NCBI GenBank assembly: GCA_943787185.1
Contig: CALSLL010000001.1
Location: forward strand, 618,814-682,813
Direction of reading: 5' to 3'
From: an uncultured Arenicellaceae bacterium
Lineage (GTDB): Bacteria; Pseudomonadota; Gammaproteobacteria; Arenicellales; Arenicellaceae
DNA length: 64,000 nucleotides
Part shown: piece after piece, positions 40,883-49,309 of the stretch
How the letters are laid out: every line of letters starts with the position of its first letter
Numbering within the stretch: position 1 is the first letter of the stretch
Made by a program: the position numbers and the translations under genes
The notes under the pieces: generated by a model
The model's input: only the letters and a program-made list of their open reading frames with translations
Told to the model about the DNA's origin: nothing
The model's database searches: none

Positions 40883-40994
40883 AAACGAACTCAAATTTTC
40901 CGACCGAAAACAAAGGAGCTTGACCGACGACCTTGAGGACAGGACAATTTAGCGCTCCATAAAAAGGAAACACGGACAACTCAGAACTAACATT

Positions 40995-42335
40995 GTGCGC
41001 AGCACATACTTAAAAATATTAGGCTTGGCAGCGCCTGTTATTCTGGCAAACCTGAGCGTCCCCCTGCTTGGCGCAGTTGATACAGCAATTCTAGGGCATT
41101 TGGACAATGCCATTCATCTGGGCGCCGTTGCTGTCGGCTCACAATTAATCACCTTAGTGCTCTGGATATTTGGCTTTCTTCGCATGGGAACCACCAGTCT
41201 TGCAAGCCGATTCTATGGCGCTGGAGACAATCTTGCACTCCACCTACTGATTCTTCGTAGCCTCGGGCTCGGCGTCATCTTCGGTTTTGGTGCTATAGCC
41301 GTTTCTCCATGGATGATTCCATGGACTATAGACATTATTGCCGGCGACAGTTTGGTATCTCAAGACGCATTAGCTTATGCCAATATAAGAATTTGGTCCG
41401 CGCCAGCAACCTTATGCAGTTATGCAATCGCAGGCTGGTTTATTGGGCGCCAAAATACTGCCGTAATTGCGATTTTATTAGTTGCGATGAATTCGCTAAA
41501 TATTTTTCTCGACTTTATTTTTATCATTACCTGGGGGCTAGAAAGTCGTGGCGCCGCTTACGCAAGTTTAATTTCAGAATATGTGGGGTTTGTTATCGCA
41601 TTTGGGTTTCTACTGAAAACACAATTTCGCGAACACTGGGCACCAAAGTGGACTGTGCTGTTAGAACCCACAGCAATAAAGTCGCTCATTTCAATTAACG
41701 CCCAAATTATGGTCAGAACCTTCGCATTGGTTATGACAACGACATTCTTTGTGGCTATGAGCAGCAGGCAAGGAGAGGCGACACTCGCGGCTAACGCGAT
41801 ATTGATCAGCCTTTTGTACTTAACAGCGTATGGACTTGACGGTGTAGCAAATGCGACTGAGGCAATGGTTGGAAAAGCATTCGGCAAAGGCGACTCTGAA
41901 GACCTGAGACAAATCTTAAAAGGATCAATGCACGTCGCCTTTGGATTCGCACTAATGTCGAGTTTGACGATTTTGTTTGGTCAAACCCAAATAATTCAGT
42001 TGTATACCAGCCTTGCCGAAGTGAGCGAATTAGCGGTTAAATATATCCCATGGATGGTGGCATTGCCGTTGTTGTCATTCTGGGGATTTCAATACGACGG
42101 AATATTTATCGGGATGGGTATGGGACACGAAATGATGATGAGCATGCTATTTGCGGTCGTTTTCATATTCTTTCCCGTATGGTGGGGAACTCAAGCGTTA
42201 GGGAATCATGGGCTGTGGCTAGCCATGTGTTCATGGTACCTCGGTAGGTCACTCAGCCAGTGGTATTTATTAACGCAAAAAATGAATGAACAAGGCTTCA
42301 CTAATGAAAGCGATCCCATCGTCGTCAACGAATGA
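40995..42335 (+). CDS. dinF: MATE-family efflux transporter, DinF subfamily
   Basis: VPLLGAVDTAILGHLDNAIHLGAVAVG closely parallels E. coli DinF VPLLGLVDTAVIGHLDSPVYLGGVAVG. 12-TM MATE pattern, 446 aa, GTG start. Confidence 0.8.
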   Translation: MRSTYLKILGLAAPVILANLSVPLLGAVDTAILGHLDNAIHLGAVAVGSQLITLVLWIFGFLRMGTTSLASRFYGAGDNLALHLLILRSLGLGVIFGFGAIAVSPWMIPWTIDIIAGDSLVSQDALAYANIRIWSAPATLCSYAIAGWFIGRQNTAVIAILLVAMNSLNIFLDFIFIITWGLESRGAAYASLISEYVGFVIAFGFLLKTQFREHWAPKWTVLLEPTAIKSLISINAQIMVRTFALVMTTTFFVAMSSRQGEATLAANAILISLLYLTAYGLDGVANATEAMVGKAFGKGDSEDLRQILKGSMHVAFGFALMSSLTILFGQTQIIQLYTSLAEVSELAVKYIPWMVALPLLSFWGFQYDGIFIGMGMGHEMMMSMLFAVVFIFFPVWWGTQALGNHGLWLAMCSWYLGRSLSQWYLLTQKMNEQGFTNESDPIVVNE

Positions 42336-42373
42336 GGAACAAACGAGCTATCAAAAGCCAACCGAAGTAATAG

Positions 42374-43018
42374 CTAACGGACTCTCAATCGATAACAGCA
42401 TTCAATAATATCTAGATCTTTATTCGGAGAGGCAACAACTTCCGGAGAAGACTCCAGCAGTTCTATATCACACCAATCTGCATATAAACTTTTAACCGCA
42501 TTAGCATCAATAGAAAAGGGTGGCCCAGTCATTTCGCTCTGATCGTACTCAATGGTTATGAGTAATATTTGCGCACCAACGGGCAGTATTTCTCGCTGCA
42601 ACGCCACATAATCCTCACGCTTAGCCTCCGGCAATGCGATTAACGACGCTCGGTCGTACACGCCGGCGACCGCACCAACAATATTACGATCTAAAGCAAA
42701 ATAGTCTCCTATTAGCAGTGAATACCCTTTACCCGTGTACCGGTCTAACACGCCAACCTGATCCGTTATAAATTCCCCACCAACTTGATCGCAAAAGCTA
42801 GCGATAGCGATCGGGCTATACTCTACCCCTATTAACTCATGGCCTTGATCGCGCAGCCATACCATATCTACTGATTTCCCACACAAGGGTACAAACACTC
42901 GGCCAAGGCCTTCTAATCCAAGCTGCTTCCAATATTTTAGGAGGTACGGATGCACTTCATCCAAATGGAATCCAATTTGATCATCTCGCCATTTCTTCTG
43001 CCAAAATTCTAATTCCAT
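42374..43018 (-). CDS. tpm: Thiopurine S-methyltransferase
   Basis: FWQKKWRDDQIGFHLDEVHPYL, VFVPLCGKSVDMVWL and GVEYSPIAI motifs. 214 aa. Confidence 0.85.
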   Translation of the reverse strand: MELEFWQKKWRDDQIGFHLDEVHPYLLKYWKQLGLEGLGRVFVPLCGKSVDMVWLRDQGHELIGVEYSPIAIASFCDQVGGEFITDQVGVLDRYTGKGYSLLIGDYFALDRNIVGAVAGVYDRASLIALPEAKREDYVALQREILPVGAQILLITIEYDQSEMTGPPFSIDANAVKSLYADWCDIELLESSPEVVASPNKDLDIIECCYRLRVR

Positions 43019-43334
43019 TATCCGCCCTCTAATCTCAATAATTTAGTTTAACCCACAAAAAATGGCATAACGTTACACAACTAATAATATAAATTCCCAC
43101 AGGTTATATTTCTTTGCATAAAAAACATTAAAACTATCATCAAGTTCTAACCAATCACCTTTATTTTATTATCTATAGAACATCTCACCACCAGCCCAGC
43201 CAGATAACTTTAGAATAAACTTTATTTAATATATTCCTTGTAGTTATATAGCTAATGAAACCAAACCATTAGCTAATAACCGCTGCCAATCACATAATGT
43301 GCCCATCGATAAATGAACCAGCCGGATATACACG

Positions 43335-43421
43335 ATGATTGAATTAACCGTAATGGGTGTAATGATTCCAATAACACTTGGTTTATTAGCACTCATGGCT
43401 TCAGATGAAATAAGCCATTAA
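43335..43421 (+). CDS. Candidate 28-codon hydrophobic small ORF (orphan; may instead be part of an sRNA)
   Basis: ATG...TAA encodes MIELTVMGVMIPITLGLLALMASDEISH, one predicted TM helix. It is below the ORF-track cutoff and has no good SD. It is followed 68 nt later by a strong plus-strand terminator with no other plus-strand gene to serve. Confidence 0.25.
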   Translation: MIELTVMGVMIPITLGLLALMASDEISH

Positions 43422-43488
43422 GCATAAATATTAACTTACCGGACTAAAGATCTCCTCCTCCTTAACTAAAAAGTTAAGACATTTAAGC

Positions 43489-43517
43489 CCCCGCCTCGAT
43501 GAGGCGGGGTTTTTTTT
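43489..43517 (+). terminator. Strong orphan rho-independent terminator
   Basis: ccccgcctc (43489..43497) pairs with gaggcgggg (43501..43509), followed by eight T (43510..43517). On the minus strand the hairpin is not followed by a U tract. Confidence 0.8.
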
Positions 43518-43523
43518 GCTCAC

Positions 43524-43856
43524 TTATGCCGGGAGTTTACTTTCGTGAGATGGCTGCACTGAATTTTCAGTACAAGCTCCTAAACGTCGCCAACCCGGGT
43601 TAGCTCTCTCAACGAGTGCAATAATTTTGCACAACGACGCCTTCTTAAGTTGTAGCTCTCGGGCTTCAGCACGAGCGTAATTTCGATAATGCTCAAAATA
43701 AACCAAATGGGTACATAAACTCTCGCTCAATACCTTGGGAAGCACTTTGAAAGACTGCTCCCGGATACTGGAATTTAAGTTGTTTGTTAAGCCCACATAA
43801 ATGTTGTGGCGTTGCTTGTTAGTTAACAAATAGACGTAATAGTTTTTACTTTTCAT
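43524..43856 (-). CDS. Small GIY-YIG nuclease-superfamily protein
   Basis: YYVYLLTN...NIYVGLTNNL (GIY...YIG), then LVYFEHY...ARELQLKKAS..KIIALVERANPGW. AAGGAG SD lies 8 nt upstream of ATG 43856 (the ORF-track start at 43874 is less likely). 110 aa. Confidence 0.75.
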   Translation of the reverse strand: MKSKNYYVYLLTNKQRHNIYVGLTNNLNSSIREQSFKVLPKVLSESLCTHLVYFEHYRNYARAEARELQLKKASLCKIIALVERANPGWRRLGACTENSVQPSHESKLPA

Positions 43857-44149
43857 AGAATGCACTCCTTGCATAACTTCGATTGACCTAACACCTGTTT
43901 ACGTCTCGGCCAAAAGTGAAAAACCAACCAAGACTAACGTGTACCAGCGGCGTTGAATAACGCCAGATACAAGCATTTACAACAAATAAAAGGCTGAGCC
44001 TCCTGCTCAATGGAAACCTTACTCCCCACCAGATAAAACCGCAAGTTTTTAGGCCAAAAGAGAATCTATAGGCACAGGAACAAAAATAGATTGGCAATCA
44101 CGTTGAAATGAAGCCCTAAACAAATTACCAACACATAGAGTGTGGCGCG

Positions 44150-45745
44150 CTAAGAACTGCATGAGAGCATGGAACAGCCCGCCTTATTTCTCGCCCACTC
44201 AGGCCGTCGCCCAGCGTACACTTCGCAATTTTCCTGCTTGGTATATGGTCTCTTTAAAACATCCAGAAGCTTCTCCACCTCCGTGAAATCACCCTCATCT
44301 GCAGAGTCAATTGCCTTTTGGGCAAGGTAATTTCTACATACGTATAGAGGATTTACTGACTCCATTTGCTCCACCCTCACTTTATCGCTGACTTCGGTAA
44401 CTCGCATCGCGTAGCTTTGCAACCAACTTGTCCATCCCTGCACCAGATCACTTTCGAGCTCATCCAATTGATAGAATGCTGCCCTCATTAACTCTGGCCA
44501 GTGCTCCATTGACGAGATCTCTCGCTTAGACCTCACGTCGGATAAAGATCTAAAAAACAAGGTCATGTCGATTTCTGCGAGCTGCATCAGCTCAAACATT
44601 TCATTGATCAACTGTTCATCAGTATCACGGGATTCGCAAAAACCCAATTTAGTGACCAGCAGCGACTGCCAACGTTCGCTATACTCATCTCTATAAGTGT
44701 CTAACGCGGATTGCAACAGACTCTTATCATCAATCAGCGGCACCAATGCAGTCCCCAACCGTGAAAGGTTCCACATACCAATCGCAGGCTGATTCGCATA
44801 CGCATACCGACGCCCTTCAGCATCGGTGGTATTGGGCGTCCAGTTTAGGTCATACGGTTCAAGCCAACCATACGGACCGTAATCAATCGTTTCACCCAGT
44901 ATCGACATATTGTCGGTATTCATTACGCCATGAACAAAACCAACACCTTGCCACGCTGCGATCAACTGTGCAGTTCTACGAATCACTTCCATATAAAACT
45001 GCAAGTATTTGTCCACGCCGCCATATTTAGCGTTGATAGCAGGATAAAAGTTTTGAATAGTAAAGTCGGCTAGATCCGTCAATCTGGCCTTATCACCGCG
45101 AGACGAAAAAATCTCAAAGCTACCGAAGCGTATAAACGCCTTTGATACTCGGCATACAACAGCACCGAGCTCGGGCTTGGGGTGACCATCATAGAACATA
45201 TCGCGAACCACTGAATCACCTGTTAGCACCAGGCTTAAGGCCCGAGTGGTCGGTATCCCCAAATGATGCATAGCCTCACTACAAAGGTATTCTCTGATGG
45301 AAGAACGCAATACCGCTAATCCATCTGCAGTGCGCGAGTAAGGCGTTGGACCGGCACCTTTTAGTTGTAGCGCCCATGGCTGACCAGAATCAATAATTTC
45401 CCCCAATCCGATCGCGCGGCCATCACCTAGTTGCCCGGCCCAATGTCCAAACTGATGTCCGCCATAACACATTGCAAATGGCTTCATTTCAGGTGATAAG
45501 GCGCTACCTGACAATAATTCAGCGTACGCTTTCTTTTCAGTGTCAGCAATATTCCCTTCTTGGTCCCCCAAACCAAGCAATTTCGCGGCATCAGACGACC
45601 ACGCCACCATCTGCGGCGATGGACATACTCGTGGAGATACCCGCGAATAAAAGGCTTCATACACCTGTCGCGGTCTAATTTCGGACGATGGATCACCGGC
45701 TAAACTATCTACAAAATGATTAGAAAACTTCAAGGAGTTCAACAT
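44150..45745 (-). CDS. selO: Protein adenylyltransferase SelO (YdiU/UPF0061)
   Basis: CYGGHQFGHWAGQLGDGRAI, VCRVSKAFIRFGSFE and GFVHGVMNTDNMSILGETIDYGP pseudokinase-fold motifs. C-terminal ...CSMLSCSS. 531 aa. Confidence 0.9.
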   Translation of the reverse strand: MLNSLKFSNHFVDSLAGDPSSEIRPRQVYEAFYSRVSPRVCPSPQMVAWSSDAAKLLGLGDQEGNIADTEKKAYAELLSGSALSPEMKPFAMCYGGHQFGHWAGQLGDGRAIGLGEIIDSGQPWALQLKGAGPTPYSRTADGLAVLRSSIREYLCSEAMHHLGIPTTRALSLVLTGDSVVRDMFYDGHPKPELGAVVCRVSKAFIRFGSFEIFSSRGDKARLTDLADFTIQNFYPAINAKYGGVDKYLQFYMEVIRRTAQLIAAWQGVGFVHGVMNTDNMSILGETIDYGPYGWLEPYDLNWTPNTTDAEGRRYAYANQPAIGMWNLSRLGTALVPLIDDKSLLQSALDTYRDEYSERWQSLLVTKLGFCESRDTDEQLINEMFELMQLAEIDMTLFFRSLSDVRSKREISSMEHWPELMRAAFYQLDELESDLVQGWTSWLQSYAMRVTEVSDKVRVEQMESVNPLYVCRNYLAQKAIDSADEGDFTEVEKLLDVLKRPYTKQENCEVYAGRRPEWARNKAGCSMLSCSS

Positions 45746-45820
45746 AGAATCAACAGGAAAAAGTTAAGAATTACTCTCAGATATTGGAGATCTTAAGAAA
45801 GATTTACAACGCATTAAAAT

Positions 45821-45843
45821 TCACCGCGGTGAATCGTGTCACC
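45821..45843. promoter_or_regulatory. Candidate operator: three TCACC/GGTGA half-sites forming two overlapping inverted repeats
   Basis: tTCACCgcGGTGAatcgtgTCACC. TTCACCGCGGTGAA (45820..45833) is a perfect 14-bp palindrome. The third half-site abuts the -35 hexamer of the promoter below. Confidence 0.4.
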
Positions 45844-45871
45844 TGACAGTCTACCAAAACCGACGTATAAT
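45843..45871 (+). promoter_or_regulatory. Near-consensus sigma70-type promoter
   Basis: CTGACA (45843..45848), a 17-nt spacer, then TATAAT (45866..45871). The predicted start is around 45877..45879. Confidence 0.5.
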
Positions 45872-45877
45872 CACCGA

Positions 45878-47095
45878 ATGGCCGGATGTTGGTGGTTTGA
45901 AAAAAAGCACCTGATCAATACACAAGCGTACCCAGAATCGGGACAGCATGTGGTGTGTTCGCACCCCCAACCTCCCCGCATAGCAGCCAACAGTTTTCTT
46001 GAAGCCACCCCGGTTTCTGCAGCAATTCGCGGCTTAGGTACTGCAGGATACACCCAACTAGAACCGTTAAAACGGATATTAATTGGAATAATTGCCGCTT
46101 GTATAGTAACGGACGTCTCATACGCTGCGGATTCCGCCGTAGACGTTCATTCGTTGTCGTTAAAAGCTCGTGAAGGTGATAGCGCTGCGCAGTATGACCT
46201 CGCAAATGCTTACCTGACGGGCGCGGGATTACCCAAAAACCCTAAGAGAGCACTTTCTTGGCTAAATCAGTCTGCGACAGATGGCAATGTGTCTGCTCAA
46301 TTATTGCTGGCACACTTGTATTACACCGGGCTGCACACTAATAAAAACACCGACCTCGCGATCACCTGGTGGCAACGAGCTGCAGAAAACGATAACGCTG
46401 ACGGACAATATAAACTAGCAACTGTTTTATTAAATCGATCAGCTAATGATAAAGACATTGAGACGGCGAACGAGTTACTCCTTACGGCATGGCGCAAGGG
46501 TCATCAACAGGCTGGAAACCTACTGGTTTCACTCGGGCAAGAACTGCCGCAAACCTCACTTGTAGGAAATGAAACAGACGATGCTCGCTCACCTAAATCA
46601 ACGCCTACAACATCAACCATAGCAACGTTGACTGACGCGGCACGCCCAAAATCCTCACATGACGAGGTAGCGCATAATCAGATCGACAGTGACTCGACCT
46701 CCAATGATTCAAACAATTCTGACGACGATGTGAATCCAATTCCAATAAACAATCTCTCGCAGCATGACGATTGGATATTCTCCCAACCCCCAAATAATTA
46801 CACAATCCAACTAGCCAGCTTTAACGACCCCAATGCCCGTGATTTATTTCTTCAGAGAAATAGCTTACAAGGAAACAATCAACTAAAAACTATTCGCTCA
46901 GCCGATAATCAATGGACTTATGTACTGCTCGGCACTTACCCAAACGGTAACGCTGCGAGTCAAGAAGCGGTAGGAATTAGCACGAACCTCGAACCATGGA
47001 TTCGTTCATTTTCTTCGATCCAGCGAAACCGCTGCGCCCAGCTAAAAGTAGCTACCCCGGATCAACATGCAAAGCATTGCCAACAATTCAACTAG
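45878..47095 (+). CDS. Sel1-repeat / SPOR-domain protein (putative septal peptidoglycan-binding protein)
   Basis: Hydrophobic anchor ILIGIIAACIVTDVSYA. Three to four Sel1 repeats (AAQYDLANAYLTGAGLPKNPKRALSWLNQSA, NVSAQLLLAHLYYTG...). A Ser/Asp/Asn-rich linker and a C-terminal SPOR-like domain (YTIQLASFNDPNARDLF...WTYVLLGTYPN). The start is uncertain: the ORF-track GTG 45836 lies upstream of the predicted promoter, so I use ATG 45878. Confidence 0.7.
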   Translation: MAGCWWFEKKHLINTQAYPESGQHVVCSHPQPPRIAANSFLEATPVSAAIRGLGTAGYTQLEPLKRILIGIIAACIVTDVSYAADSAVDVHSLSLKAREGDSAAQYDLANAYLTGAGLPKNPKRALSWLNQSATDGNVSAQLLLAHLYYTGLHTNKNTDLAITWWQRAAENDNADGQYKLATVLLNRSANDKDIETANELLLTAWRKGHQQAGNLLVSLGQELPQTSLVGNETDDARSPKSTPTTSTIATLTDAARPKSSHDEVAHNQIDSDSTSNDSNNSDDDVNPIPINNLSQHDDWIFSQPPNNYTIQLASFNDPNARDLFLQRNSLQGNNQLKTIRSADNQWTYVLLGTYPNGNAASQEAVGISTNLEPWIRSFSSIQRNRCAQLKVATPDQHAKHCQQFN

Positions 47096-47735
47096 AATAT
47101 TGTTGGTATCTCTGTAAAAGAGCTTTATAGAGCCGCTCTCGAAAATCACTGGCCTGAGAATCCATACCGGTAAGCACTTCAACCAAGTGTTCATTGTCTT
47201 CCTTACCGCCCCAAAGTTTTCGATAGCTACCTTGTTTATAGCCATTATCTTGGCGAAAGAAATTCAACACATTTTTAGCAACATACCTTCGGTGTAAGTC
47301 ACGAATATCCATATCCATCAGGCCTGCTAGTCCAGCAAAACTAGCCACCGGAAACTCTCTTTTTTGCAGCACTTCGGTAGTAAATAGTTCTACAGCCGTC
47401 AAAAAGTCATCGTAGTGCCGAGGTGCATTAAATTCCTCAATTATTCTATCCGTTAATCCCGAACTTCCCGAGGCTTCAACCAACATCAGGCTCAAACCAA
47501 AGTGCCATATATCGACCAACTCCAATTTGATCTGTTCTTGATCAGGTGACTGATGCTTCCACCACTTCCACCCATAATGATCCATTAATTCGGCGCACTC
47601 CACCCATATTGCACGATACCATTCGTAATTCTGTTGACGCCAGTCTGCATTCACTTTCTGGTTCATTTGCTCTTGCATTTCGAGCATGGTTTCAACCAAT
47701 GGCGTCATCTCTGATTTAGCTAATTTTTGCGGCAT
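47088..47735 (-). CDS. Dimeric (all-alpha, dUTPase_2 family) dUTP/dUDP pyrophosphatase
   Basis: Blocks matching the Campylobacter jejuni dimeric dUTPase as I recall it: WVECAELMDHYGWKWWK, LVDIWHFGLSL and AKNVLNFFRQDNGYKQGSYRKLWGGKEDNEHL. 215 aa. Confidence 0.8.
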   Translation of the reverse strand: MPQKLAKSEMTPLVETMLEMQEQMNQKVNADWRQQNYEWYRAIWVECAELMDHYGWKWWKHQSPDQEQIKLELVDIWHFGLSLMLVEASGSSGLTDRIIEEFNAPRHYDDFLTAVELFTTEVLQKREFPVASFAGLAGLMDMDIRDLHRRYVAKNVLNFFRQDNGYKQGSYRKLWGGKEDNEHLVEVLTGMDSQASDFRERLYKALLQRYQQYSS

Positions 47736-47807
47736 CTATTCCTCTACGTCATCGACATGGTCAACAATATTAATAATTATATGGCCCGAACCTATCTTTA
47801 AAATAAC

Positions 47808-48281
47808 TCAGCTATTTGATAACAAACAAACGGCCTGTGCGGCGATCCCTAAACCATTACCTTCGAAGCCCAATTTTTCGGTGGTCGTGGCTTTAACATT
47901 TATCAAATTTTTGTTTGCCGAAAGATCACTCGCAATATTGTCACACATTGCCTCAAGGTACCCAGCCATCCTCGGCTGTTGTGCGATAATCGTCGCATCA
48001 ATATTGCCAACCTGATAACCACGACTAGACATGAGCTTCGCAACCTGACGCAACAATATTCGGCTGTCAACATTGGCTAAAGCCTCGTCTGAATCCGGAA
48101 AATGTTGGCCAATATCACCCTCTCCCAAAGCGCCAAGCACCGCGTCCATAATCGCGTGCAGCAATACATCCGCATCAGAATGACCCTTTAGTCCGTACTT
48201 ATGCGGAATATTCACACCACCGACTATAAGTGGGGGCCCTTCCACCAAAGCATGCACATCGTACCCTTGGCCTATTCGCAA
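47808..48281 (-). CDS. ispF: 2-C-methyl-D-erythritol 2,4-cyclodiphosphate synthase
   Basis: RIGQGYDVHAL, GHSDADVLLHA and GDIGQHFPDSD motifs. 157 aa, TTG start with AAGGA 9 nt upstream. Confidence 0.95.
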   Translation of the reverse strand: MRIGQGYDVHALVEGPPLIVGGVNIPHKYGLKGHSDADVLLHAIMDAVLGALGEGDIGQHFPDSDEALANVDSRILLRQVAKLMSSRGYQVGNIDATIIAQQPRMAGYLEAMCDNIASDLSANKNLINVKATTTEKLGFEGNGLGIAAQAVCLLSNS

Positions 48282-48300
48282 AGTAACAATCCTTGTAGCA

Positions 48301-49134
48301 CTAGCTGTCTAAAAACTTGGGTCGTTTCATCAATATTCGTCCTGCTTTTGGCGCAGCTTTTTCTACCGCGGGATCTTCGGTTTTTTTCTTATTCTTTTTC
48401 TTCGAACCAAAGATGGTGCGTTTCTCTGCACGCAGCGCTGCTTTTGCCTCAGCCGCAAGAAAATACTCAGCCAGAGGTAAATCCGACGGAGTTGTTATTT
48501 TCAAATTAGCTTCTGAACCTTTTACCATTAACGGGCGCATCCCCATGAACTCCATCGCAGAAGCCTCGTCAGTTACTATCGAGTTGCGCTGCTTTAAGTC
48601 ACTTAGCGCACCACATAAAACATTGAGGCGAAACATTTGAGGCGTTTGGGCTCGCCAAATATTTTCTCTGGGTACTGACTGAATAATGCCGTCCCGGTTA
48701 TCAGTTTTTTTCATCGTATCGGTAACAGGCAAACCAAGAATCCCACCTACTGGATGCCCCATGACTTTTTTTACCAACTTATCAATAAGAGCTTTGCTAA
48801 TACACGGGCGTGCAGCATCATGTACTAACACCCAATCATCCAAGCCAGCATAAGCTTTCAACGCCTCCAATCCACTCAACACCGAATCACAACGTTCTGT
48901 ACCTCCTTCAATTTGACACAAGAATTTAGGATGTGAGGGAATCACGTTTTTCCATCGAGTATCGTCTGGTGCGGTAACGACTGCAACGCCAGATACAACT
49001 TCATGACCAAGAAAAGCACCCATGGTGTGCTCGATAACTGTTTTGCCCGCTATTTCCAAATACTGCTTTGGCACACGTCGTTTCATGCGCTTGCCACTGC
49101 CTCCAGCAGCAATCACCACCCAACATTTGCTCAT
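48301..49134 (-). CDS. ispD: 2-C-methyl-D-erythritol 4-phosphate cytidylyltransferase with a Lys-rich C-terminal extension
   Basis: VVIAAGGSGKRMK..PKQYL, VLVHDAARPC and KITTPSDLPLAEYFL, followed by about 50 extra residues. 277 aa. Confidence 0.9.
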   Translation of the reverse strand: MSKCWVVIAAGGSGKRMKRRVPKQYLEIAGKTVIEHTMGAFLGHEVVSGVAVVTAPDDTRWKNVIPSHPKFLCQIEGGTERCDSVLSGLEALKAYAGLDDWVLVHDAARPCISKALIDKLVKKVMGHPVGGILGLPVTDTMKKTDNRDGIIQSVPRENIWRAQTPQMFRLNVLCGALSDLKQRNSIVTDEASAMEFMGMRPLMVKGSEANLKITTPSDLPLAEYFLAAEAKAALRAEKRTIFGSKKKNKKKTEDPAVEKAAPKAGRILMKRPKFLDS

Positions 49135-49309
49135 ATCTTATTACCGATGTTCCAATTGTCTTTGTGGACCTGTTATCAGGCTCGTTCAATCTAGAGGCTT
49201 ACCAGATCAGTTATTATAACCAAAATTCGTTTATGCGGGCAGTAAGTCCATTTAATTCTGCTCAACTCCAAAGTACAATCGCGGCCCACACCCGCAATAC
49301 AAAAACCCA

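Noticed and set aside
40883-40994. LexA box or guanidine-type riboswitch upstream of dinF
   Set aside because: I found no CTGT-N8-ACAG and no ACGR-loop hairpin pair.
43888-44097. 69-aa minus-strand ORF between selO and the GIY-YIG gene
   Set aside because: It has no SD, an odd Cys/Trp/Phe-rich composition, and sits where the GIY-YIG promoter or 5' UTR is expected.
45836-45877. GTG 45836 as the start of the Sel1/SPOR protein
   Set aside because: It lies upstream of, and overlapping, the near-consensus promoter at 45843..45871, so it is unlikely to be transcribed as part of this mRNA.
47088-47095. Convergent 3' overlaps (dUTPase with Sel1/SPOR here; SDR with CsiV-like at 55717..55722)
   Set aside because: Overlaps of a few nucleotides around stop codons are common and need no special explanation.
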